From: a virus
Taxonomy: Duplodnaviria; Caudoviricetes
DNA: 34,141 bases
Direction: 5' to 3' (one strand)
IMG/VR virus record: IMGVR_UViG_3300017553_000344
Span: 1 to 34,141 of that record
Made by a program: the position numbers and the translations under genes. A model generated the notes under the pieces. That model did no database searches. It was not told the DNA's origin and saw nothing but the letters and a program-made list of their open reading frames with translations. Numbering within the stretch: the stretch's first letter is position 1; each line of letters begins with the position of its first letter. Positions 25,743-33,243 of this stretch are shown here, one piece after another.

Positions 25743-27928
25743 TGGGCACGATCGCGTCCGCCTTCCTCAATGCGTTCCGCGACTTCGTGGCGAATGGTGT
25801 TCCGTCGAGCGGCCAGAATGAACCGAACAAGTCGGAAATCCGCGCTATCGGGCCAATCATCGAAACCTTTGTGCAGTGGTACGTCGAAAGCCAGATCGGA
25901 AACGCTGCATCGGCCAACCTCCTGACCATCGCCAAGGCCACGCGTGCCGACCTTTACGCAGACCTGGGCCACCCAGCCTACACGATCGGTCTTGTCTATA
26001 ATGACGGCGCGAACAATGGTTTTTACATCAAGAGCGGCGATGAAGGCGCTGGCGCATGGGCCCTGACCGCGATCCCCTTCTCGGCTACGGTCGATATCAT
26101 TGCGAACTTCGCATCGTTGCTGGGATATGGTACTGGAACGACGCAGTTCTTTACGGATGCGGAGGGTTTCGAATATGCTTCGCTTGACGAAACGGGATTT
26201 ATTCTCCCGTGGGGCGGCCTTGTCCCTACCACTCGTGGCGCGCTCGTTGTCACAGATCCTGAAGGTTGGGTTCTCTTTTTTGTCCCGTTCGATGGCTATG
26301 CGGCCGAGGCCGCTGGTGCGACGACAGCGACCACCATTGTTCGTCCATGGATGGGCGCGCTAACCGACACGTCCATCGCTTTTGCCGCGGACGTGGAGGG
26401 CGTTGGCCCCGGCGTAGTCGAGATCGAGGTTTCGACCGATCAGCACTTCACCAATATCGTTTCGGCGACCCCCGCAAAGGTCGCCACCGTAACGGAGCGC
26501 TCCGCAACGCAGGACTGGCGCTCCATCAATCAGGTGGTTCGGGGGCTTGAGCCAGACACGTCCTATTGGGCGCGCTTTATCGTTGACGGAGCGACTAGCG
26601 GCGACGCGCTAACTTTCAAGACCGCGCCAGAACGCGGTGCCGGCGCACCTTATCGCTTCGCCGTCATCTCCTGCACCGATATGCGACCCGGAACCGACAT
26701 TCAGGTGCATCGGGCGATCGCTTCATTCGATCCGCTTTTCGTCGTCCACACCGGCGATCTACAATACACAAACATCACGACTGACAACATTTTGCTGCCA
26801 AGGGCGCAGAACACGCGCCCATATCGCGACAACGCTGATGTGCAAGGGTTGACGTCCAAATGTCCCTATTTCTATGTCACGGATGATCATGATACGGCCG
26901 CGAATGATTGCGGCTGGCATAGCACCTATGATTTTGAAGCCGTCGCTCGAAACACTCGTCGGGCCTGGCGTGAAACGACGCCGCTTGATGCACGCATGTT
27001 TCCACAAATTTCCGAAGGAGAGACTGATCCTGACAAGCTGCTCGAAACACAGCAGTTCGACATTGCCAATACCCGGCATCTGTTGCTCGATACGCGATCT
27101 CAGAATAATCGCACGGAAGGCACGCTTTTGGGCAATGACGCTTGGGCAGCCTACTGGAATCAACTCGCTTGGCTGAAAAGCGCGCTGGTTCAGGCTGGCG
27201 CCGACAGCATTGATCGCGTTTTCCTCCATGTGCCGATCTATTGGGGCGCCGGTGCCGGTGAGGTAAACGCCTACTTCACCGCAGAACGTCGGGAGATCAG
27301 CGACTATATCCGCGACACACCCGGCATTCCGCCTGTGACAATCATCACAGGTGATTATCATGCACTCGGCATTGATGACGGGGGCCATAGTGATTTCGCG
27401 ACGGGCGGCGGACTGGCGACCGGGCTAATCATGTCTTCGGCGGCTTATCGCGATACCCTGACTGGCACGGCTGGACAGTGGGAGTGGCTCGGAGAAGACA
27501 CGTTCCAGGCTCTGCCGGCCGGCGAGTTCGCGCAATATTTCATCATCGTGGACGTGGATGCAGGCGGAGAGTGGACGATTCGCTTCTATGGCGGCCCTTA
27601 CACGGATACGACGCCAACGCTTCTGGGGACTTATGCGCTGAGCGATGGCACTCCCGAAATCCAATTCTCCGGTGACACAGCGAGCGCGGTTGCAGGCAGC
27701 ACCGCCAGCCTACAGATTCAGAGGACGTGGATTTCGCAGGCGAATCCGATTTCCGTCGATTGGTCCACCAGCAATGGACAGGGCGGGAATGTCGCCTTCA
27801 GGCCAAACAGCAAGATTGCGACAATTCCAGTGACGGTCCCAGCGAGCGGTTCGACCACCGTCACACTCTCATCCCCCAGCGGCGGGACGCTAGGCGCAAC
27901 CATCACCCTGTCCCTCACCGCGCTCTAG
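25742..27928 (+). CDS. Tail fibre/spike-like protein carrying an FN3 plus PhoD-like metallophosphoesterase and a C-terminal Calx-beta-like domain
   Basis: N-terminal RDFV.NGVPSSG..EP.K.EIR virion-anchor-like segment; GL.PDT.Y, FKTAP, ISC, HTGDLQY, DDHD, ND, LLDTRS, LLG..Q.AWLK, TGDYH motifs; no signal peptide. Confidence 0.8.
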   Translation: MGTIASAFLNAFRDFVANGVPSSGQNEPNKSEIRAIGPIIETFVQWYVESQIGNAASANLLTIAKATRADLYADLGHPAYTIGLVYNDGANNGFYIKSGDEGAGAWALTAIPFSATVDIIANFASLLGYGTGTTQFFTDAEGFEYASLDETGFILPWGGLVPTTRGALVVTDPEGWVLFFVPFDGYAAEAAGATTATTIVRPWMGALTDTSIAFAADVEGVGPGVVEIEVSTDQHFTNIVSATPAKVATVTERSATQDWRSINQVVRGLEPDTSYWARFIVDGATSGDALTFKTAPERGAGAPYRFAVISCTDMRPGTDIQVHRAIASFDPLFVVHTGDLQYTNITTDNILLPRAQNTRPYRDNADVQGLTSKCPYFYVTDDHDTAANDCGWHSTYDFEAVARNTRRAWRETTPLDARMFPQISEGETDPDKLLETQQFDIANTRHLLLDTRSQNNRTEGTLLGNDAWAAYWNQLAWLKSALVQAGADSIDRVFLHVPIYWGAGAGEVNAYFTAERREISDYIRDTPGIPPVTIITGDYHALGIDDGGHSDFATGGGLATGLIMSSAAYRDTLTGTAGQWEWLGEDTFQALPAGEFAQYFIIVDVDAGGEWTIRFYGGPYTDTTPTLLGTYALSDGTPEIQFSGDTASAVAGSTASLQIQRTWISQANPISVDWSTSNGQGGNVAFRPNSKIATIPVTVPASGSTTVTLSSPSGGTLGATITLSLTAL

Positions 27929-27937
27929 GAGAAATAT

Positions 27938-28672
27938 ATGACACTCGGCGTTCAAGTTAAAACGGGCGGCCAACATCTGGCCTATGACCGCAATGTAGGC
28001 GACTTCCTGCTGCCCGTGACCGATGGCCTCATGGGGCAATGGTTTCTTGGCGGAAGCGAGGAATTCTCGGTCAAGAACCGCTGGAGCAGGGGCGGATATG
28101 GCGAAGGAGTGCCTTATGGGTCGCCGGTCTACGCGGCCTATTTTGGCAGTTTTATCAGTGGAATAAGCGGCATCATCCTGCCTTTCAACGACCCTGTTGA
28201 GTGCAGCATATTCACCGTTATCAGAAACACGGATACGCTCGTAAGTACGGATCACCAGCCTAATTTTATCGGCACGTCGCCGGGTGGCCGTGGTGCAAAC
28301 ATCTATAGCTATGCAGACGGTATCCGGGCTAATACCTACTATGCAGATGGGGCGTCGGCCCGAAGTGACAGTCTCGTCACTTCACCTGCTGGCATCAACG
28401 GATGGCATGCTTTCTGTTGGAAGTTCGGCAGCGATTCGCAGACGCTCAACAATCTGACTGAAGGTCAGACCGGCACGACCGCTCCCAGCTTGGGTGCGCG
28501 CCTTACCGGACTAAATACTCTGGCTATTGGCGCACGCCCTGGCACTTCAACAACGGGCACGTTCGACATGGCTTATGTTGGTATATTTGATCGGCGGATC
28601 AGCAGCGATGAAGACGCGGCCATATATGATAAGCTCAAGCAAATGATGGCCGCGAGAGGGATTCTGATTTAG
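27938..28672 (+). CDS. ConA/LamG-like beta-sandwich protein (tail-fibre-associated lectin)
   Basis: W....., L.IG, ..IFDR.IS.DE...IY C-terminal LamG pattern; AGGAG RBS. Confidence 0.6.
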   Translation: MTLGVQVKTGGQHLAYDRNVGDFLLPVTDGLMGQWFLGGSEEFSVKNRWSRGGYGEGVPYGSPVYAAYFGSFISGISGIILPFNDPVECSIFTVIRNTDTLVSTDHQPNFIGTSPGGRGANIYSYADGIRANTYYADGASARSDSLVTSPAGINGWHAFCWKFGSDSQTLNNLTEGQTGTTAPSLGARLTGLNTLAIGARPGTSTTGTFDMAYVGIFDRRISSDEDAAIYDKLKQMMAARGILI

Positions 28673-28691
28673 TCTGCACGGCGGCTTTTCT

Positions 28692-29452
28692 CTATGTCGC
28701 TGTGACCGCTAGCCGCCGCCTGACCCATCCGATGGCGCGACCTAGATAGTTACGCGTCTTCGCTGGCGGTGCCGGGACGAATTCCTGATATTCCAATACT
28801 CTAGGCGTCAGACAACCGGTAGATACGCGCCTTTCAATTTCATCAAGAGCGGCTTCCGGCTTGTTGAACGGCACGTCCGTTAGATCGTTGCGGTCGTACT
28901 GCCACCATTGAATACGGAGCAGCCTTTCCACCAGTGCCTCGTCAAAGCGCAGACGTATCCGCTTCGCCGGTACGCCACCGACGATCTCATATGGAGCGAC
29001 GTCCTTGGTTACCACCGATCCAGCGGCGATGATGGCCCGTGTCCTATCGTGATGCCGTTCATGATAATGACGCCTCGGCCGATTCATACATCATTGCCGA
29101 TAGTGACGGTTTCTGGGCGACGAGGCTCTACGACTTTTTTAATCAGCGGCAACCCCGGTTTCATCCAGTAGTCGAACTGCCGCCGTTGATACTGAGCGGT
29201 CGAGGTGCTGAGAAAATGCGTTGGATGAAGGGCGGGAGTTACAATGAGGTTTTCCGCGATGCTACAATATCGGCCTATCGTGACCGTGCCGCGCATCCAT
29301 GCCCCCGCCTGGATATAGGACCATGCACCAACCTTCAACTTGGCGGCCCGACCGCGAGCTAGTGTGACAGGTGCTTCAAAGTTCAAGTCTTTGCAGGCGA
29401 AGGCATCGGAGCGCTTCAGCCCTCGGCTGAGCCAATTTATTTTATCACTCAT
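28692..29452 (-). pseudogene. CatB/Vat-like hexapeptide O-acetyltransferase, disrupted
   Basis: TIGRYCSIA, HP...LST, VTIGNDV*IGRGVIIMNGITIGHG / AIIAAGSVVTKDVAPYEIVGGVPAKRIR.RF...LL...WW. Premature TGA at 29084-29086 replaces the conserved W, and one base is missing in the G run at 29036-29038. Confidence 0.85.
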
Positions 29453-29537
29453 CTGCGTCTGGTTGCTTGTTCTATTTCTGACATGGGTTCTCCCTCCTCA
29501 CCACCGTCTTTAGGCCGGTGATGCTGTCTTGGTCCAG

Positions 29538-29579
29538 CGTCCGTATAAATCCCGCCCTCATTGCCCATAATGGCGGCCC
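29538..29579 (+). promoter_or_regulatory. Putative late promoter, copy 6 (lysis cassette)
   Basis: CGTCCGTAT at 29538, CATAAT at 29566-29571, ATG at 29580 (42 nt). Confidence 0.65.
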
Positions 29580-29725
29580 ATGAAGCCCCCTCCCCGCAAT
29601 CGCTCCATCTGGCGGACGCGCCATGCCTGACACATTTGCCTCGCTCGTGGCAAATCTCAAGACGATTTACGGGATCTCGTGATTGAGGCGGCTCTAACAG
29701 CCAGAAATGCGCGCCGGAGAGAGAA

Positions 29726-29947
29726 ATGACCTCCATCCAAGACCGAATGGACCACATGGAAGATAAGATCGACGCGCTGATTTCGTCGGTAGAGGCGCTG
29801 CGCGTCGAGGTGGCGGAGACCAGAGAGATCGTAGAGGCGTGGAAGGCAAGCAAGACGCTGCTGCGCTGGACCAAGTGGATCGCCGGTTTCATAGCGGCGG
29901 TGGCCGGCGCCTATTTCATCATCCGCGATGGGCTGTTTCCCCGATGA
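29726..29947 (+). CDS. Putative holin (coiled-coil plus single C-terminal TM)
   Basis: Immediately upstream of and overlapping the endolysin; WIAGFIAAVAGAYFII TM. Confidence 0.55.
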   Translation: MTSIQDRMDHMEDKIDALISSVEALRVEVAETREIVEAWKASKTLLRWTKWIAGFIAAVAGAYFIIRDGLFPR

Positions 29948-30507
29948 GTAAGGTCAAAACTCTCGCGTCGATCGTGGGCGTCGTTACGGCTGGCCTGCTG
30001 CTTACCAATATCCCCGCGGAGGAATCCGGCCGCACGGTCAAGGTCGATATCGCCAAGGATGGCACGGCAACCGTCCGCCACATCAGCGGCAAGCAATATC
30101 TGAAAGCCTATTTGGATATAGTCGACGTTGCGACCGCGTGCGACGGCCTCACCAGCTACAAGGGCCGCAAGATCAAGATCACCGACCGTTTCACCGAAGC
30201 GCAATGCGCGGTGATGCTGGAGGAGGAACTGATCGTCCATGCCGAAGGCGTGATGAAATGCTCGCCGGGCCTTGCGCTCTCTATCCCTCGCCGCGACCGC
30301 GTGCGCTTTTCGATGGTGAGCCTCGCCTACAATGTTGGCGTCCCGACCTATTGCACATCGACCGCCCGCAAGCGCGTGAACGCTGGTAACATCGCCGGGG
30401 CCTGTGAGGCGCTGACGTGGTTCAACCGGGCCGGCGGTAAGGTCAATCGTGGCCTCGTCGCCCGGCGCGGTCGAGAGAAGGCCGAATGCATGAAGGATGC
30501 GGCATGA
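29944..30507 (+). CDS. GH24 lysozyme, probable SAR endolysin
   Basis: Weakly hydrophobic N-terminal helix, then EE...AYLD.V.V.T.C.G, AYNVG, CTST, GL..RR..E; start re-called at 29944. Confidence 0.9.
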   Translation: MSKVKTLASIVGVVTAGLLLTNIPAEESGRTVKVDIAKDGTATVRHISGKQYLKAYLDIVDVATACDGLTSYKGRKIKITDRFTEAQCAVMLEEELIVHAEGVMKCSPGLALSIPRRDRVRFSMVSLAYNVGVPTYCTSTARKRVNAGNIAGACEALTWFNRAGGKVNRGLVARRGREKAECMKDAA

Positions 30508-30998
30508 CCCTCACCGCCGCCTTCGCCATCCTGCGCCGCTTCTGGTGGGCGCTGCCGATGTTGGCGCTGCTCGCATGGGGCCTCCGCGTGGATAGCCTGC
30601 GCGCCACTTATAAGGGCAAATGGCAGGACGTCACCACCGAATACGCGGCGTTCAAAACCGCGATCGTGGACAAGACCGCCGAAGCGCTCGCCGCACAGAA
30701 GGCTGTGAACGCAGCGAAGGAATCCGAATATCAGGAGAAAGCTCGTGAAGCAGACCAGAGCATTGATGATCTGCGCGCTCGCCTTGCTCTCAGGCTGCGG
30801 CAAGGAAGTGGTGGAGGTTCGAGCCGCGCAGCCGGTGCCGCCGCCCAAGGTGACGATACCGCAGTTCCTGAAAGTTTGCCCGCCTCTCCCCCCGGAACTG
30901 GCGGATCAGTGCAAGTAGACGCCGACACGCTGGCCGGATTGTCCGCCTACGCGATCAAAGCCCACGAATGGGCTGTCTCTCTGGAGAATGACAAATGA
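30504..30998 (+). CDS. i-spanin (Rz-like)
   Basis: N-terminal TM plus coiled-coil; follows the endolysin; contains an embedded lipoprotein gene. Confidence 0.8.
   Translation: MTLTAAFAILRRFWWALPMLALLAWGLRVDSLRATYKGKWQDVTTEYAAFKTAIVDKTAEALAAQKAVNAAKESEYQEKAREADQSIDDLRARLALRLRQGSGGGSSRAAGAAAQGDDTAVPESLPASPPGTGGSVQVDADTLAGLSAYAIKAHEWAVSLENDK
30745..30918 (+). CDS. o-spanin (Rz1-like) lipoprotein embedded in the +1 frame of the i-spanin
   Basis: Not in ORF track: AGGAG RBS, GTG start, MKQTRALMICALALLSG-CGKEVVEVRAAQPVPPPKVTIPQFLKVCPPLPPELADQCK; lipobox LSGC, Pro-rich. Confidence 0.85.
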   Translation: MKQTRALMICALALLSGCGKEVVEVRAAQPVPPPKVTIPQFLKVCPPLPPELADQCK

Positions 30999-32134
30999 GC
31001 ATCGGTCTCGGCGTATATGGCGGCTTCTCGCGTGGCGCGGCGGATAACTGGGCCGCCGAGAACGGCATGCCGGTGTTAGGCAAGATACTCGCCCAGCCGC
31101 GCAAGATCATGATCGCTGGCACGAGTATCGATGCGGGCTACAACACTGCTTATCCCAGCGGCAACCAGCAGGGCTATAAATGCGCGCCGGTGCGGCGCTT
31201 GCGCGATGCTATCCGTGCGCGCGGCTTCTATGCGCAGGATGAGTTTTTCGCGGGGACGATGGGCTATACCACCGCCGCGTCTTTCCAATCGTTCGACCCG
31301 CGTTTCGCGAATGGCGCGGGGTGGGAGTATCAAGGCATTTCCGGCGCAACGTGGAGCCTCCTCCAGAACAGCACCACGACGACGCCATTCACCTATACCC
31401 CTGATGATCTGACGCAGACTTTCACCGTTTGGGTGCGGTCGGTTTCGGGTACGGGTTCGGTCACGGTCAGTTGTGGTGCCGCGACAAAAACCGTCGATAT
31501 TTCAAAAACGCCGACCGACTTTATCGCCATCACGCTCGGCGAAAGCGATGGCGTGGCGCTGGCTCAGAATACCTACAGCGTCGCTCGTGTTTCCGGGACG
31601 ATCCAGGTCGTCGCCTGTTGGGCGCGCAACGCTCGCCTGCCAGCCTATCAGTTGCTCAACTGTTCGTCATCCGGCGCGCGCATGCAGCACATTGCCAACG
31701 CCAACGATCTCGCCCGCCCCTTCTATTTCCCTGAACAGATTCTCACCGCTGGCGATGAATACTGGATTGCCATGGGGCCGAACGACTGGCGCGATAATGC
31801 GACCCCGGTTGAAAGCCTGCCAACCTATCGCACGAATATGGCGGCCATCGGCTCGCGGCGCGGCGCTAACGGGATCAAAACGCGGGTTATCATCCCTGCG
31901 CGTACATCAATTGCCGCCGCCTCCATCGCGAACCAAGACCTCTACAATGCCGCGATTCGTGAGGTCGCGGCGTCCATGGGTGCCCCCGTGTTCGATTTCA
32001 AAGATCGTTGGGGCGAACATGCGGAGGCTCTTGCCGCTGGGTTCATGAACCCCGATCCCGATTATTTCCATCCGAACTGGCGCGGTGCGGGGGATATCAG
32101 CCAGGTTTACGCAGCGCTGACGCTCGCAGCCTAG
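30995..32134 (+). CDS. SGNH/GDSL-family esterase with an inserted beta domain
   Basis: Block I AGTSI, block II SSGA, block III GPND, block V DYFHPN. Confidence 0.8.
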   Translation: MSIGLGVYGGFSRGAADNWAAENGMPVLGKILAQPRKIMIAGTSIDAGYNTAYPSGNQQGYKCAPVRRLRDAIRARGFYAQDEFFAGTMGYTTAASFQSFDPRFANGAGWEYQGISGATWSLLQNSTTTTPFTYTPDDLTQTFTVWVRSVSGTGSVTVSCGAATKTVDISKTPTDFIAITLGESDGVALAQNTYSVARVSGTIQVVACWARNARLPAYQLLNCSSSGARMQHIANANDLARPFYFPEQILTAGDEYWIAMGPNDWRDNATPVESLPTYRTNMAAIGSRRGANGIKTRVIIPARTSIAAASIANQDLYNAAIREVAASMGAPVFDFKDRWGEHAEALAAGFMNPDPDYFHPNWRGAGDISQVYAALTLAA

Positions 32135-32457
32135 CTACGCAGGCGGCGTTTCATGCGTTCGAACTCTTCTTCGCTGGTAATGCCGATCGGTGGAGCGGTG
32201 GGAATTTCCGTGACCGGTGTAACCTCTGGCCAGTTGGTGTTGCACTGAGAGCAGCGAAGATGCTGGCCGATAGCCCAGCGGCTGCGGTTCCAGCGCTTGA
32301 GGAACGCGAGGCGGAGGAGTGGGGTCGGTTCGACAATGATAACCCGTCCACATTTCTTGCAGGTGAGCCGGAGGGCGAAACCACGCGCGGCGATCTGGTC
32401 GAGGGTGTCGCACTCTATCCGCTGGCGCTCCTCATGATATTCGGGGCCGGACAACAT
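32131..32457 (-). CDS. Zn-ribbon hypothetical protein
   Basis: TL.....G..L...CKKCG...LRCSQC. Confidence 0.7.
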   Translation of the reverse strand: MLSGPEYHEERQRIECDTLDQIAARGFALRLTCKKCGRVIIVEPTPLLRLAFLKRWNRSRWAIGQHLRCSQCNTNWPEVTPVTEIPTAPPIGITSEEEFERMKRRLRS

Positions 32458-32463
32458 GGGCGG

Positions 32464-32691
32464 TCAATAGCTCAGCCAGTCCAGTTCAGCGTCGTCGACC
32501 GCCTGAAACATGTCGCCCTCGGCCTGCACCTCGCGCAGCCGCTTGCGCACTGCCTCCGGGTCGCCGCGCCGGGGGAATCCACGATCGTCCTTCGCCGCCT
32601 TGACGAGTTCGCCCACCCACCCATCTCGGTCGCGCTGTTGCAGCAGCCATTCCCCGAACGGCGGGCGCGGCTCTCCATATCTGTCCAGCAT
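32464..32691 (-). CDS. YozE-like (SAM-like) small protein
   Basis: F..WLLQQ..RD..VG.L...A..D..FP; GAGGAGG RBS; start re-called at 32691. Confidence 0.7.
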   Translation of the reverse strand: MLDRYGEPRPPFGEWLLQQRDRDGWVGELVKAAKDDRGFPRRGDPEAVRKRLREVQAEGDMFQAVDDAELDWLSY

Positions 32692-32712
32692 GATAGCCTC
32701 CTCTGAAAAGGA

Positions 32713-32727
32713 GAACATTAAGAGAAC
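32713..32727 (-). promoter_or_regulatory. Alphaproteobacterial LexA (SOS) box
   Basis: GTTC-TCTTAAT-GTTC (GTTC-N7-GTTC) on the minus strand, downstream of TTGACC (32742-32747) and upstream of the yozE-like RBS. Confidence 0.8.
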
Positions 32728-32743
32728 AAGCATTGCGAGTCGG

Positions 32744-33076
32744 TCAAGCGGGTTGCGGTGGGGTGAGGGTGTCGCGCATCTCGGCTATGCGGGTACGGAC
32801 CTTCGCGGCGGCATCTTTCGCCCCATCCCTGTATCCATCAGTCCAGTCCATTTCGCTATGGTGGCCGGATCGGCTGTTCGGACGGTCATCAAATGCGCAT
32901 TCCGCCACCTGCGCGCACTCCTCCCCGATTTCCTCCAGCGCGACGGCAAGGGCGGCAGTGGCGAGCAGTCTATGCTCCTCGCGCGTCAATTCACTGGCGA
33001 GTGCATCGCTGTCCACATCAAATGCCAACGATTTTTCCAGCGCCCGCGCCATCTTCTCGATCAGGTCGTAGCTCAA
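32744..33076 (-). CDS. Hypothetical phage protein
   Basis: AGGAGG RBS and TTG at 33076 (LSYDLIEKMARAL...); EECAQVAE motif common in phage accessory proteins. Confidence 0.6.
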   Translation of the reverse strand: MSYDLIEKMARALEKSLAFDVDSDALASELTREEHRLLATAALAVALEEIGEECAQVAECAFDDRPNSRSGHHSEMDWTDGYRDGAKDAAAKVRTRIAEMRDTLTPPQPA

Positions 33077-33243
33077 AGCATCCTCCTTCGCGCGATCATG
33101 CGCATGTCTTTCCGATAGTGCGGGTTGCTTTCGCCCCAGAAAGCCATCCCTCCACCCGGCGTTTCCTCCGCCCATGATCGATAGCTCCATGGATACCGCT
33201 CGCTGGCATATGTCCGCCCTCTCCGGGCTCGCGGGCTGGTCAT
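33073..33243 (-). CDS. Small hypothetical protein (56 aa)
   Basis: ATG overlaps the MTase stop (TGATG); its stop overlaps the next TTG. Confidence 0.35.
   Translation of the reverse strand: MTSPRARRGRTYASERYPWSYRSWAEETPGGGMAFWGESNPHYRKDMRMIARRRML

Noticed and set aside
25742-27928. Classical secreted PhoD auxiliary metabolic gene
   Set aside because: No Tat/Sec signal and no Pho-box noticed; it is fused to a virion-anchor-like N-terminus inside the tail operon.
29084-29086. TGA-to-Trp recoding of the acetyltransferase
   Set aside because: TGA is used as a normal stop throughout the window, and a separate frameshift follows, so a pseudogene is the simpler explanation.
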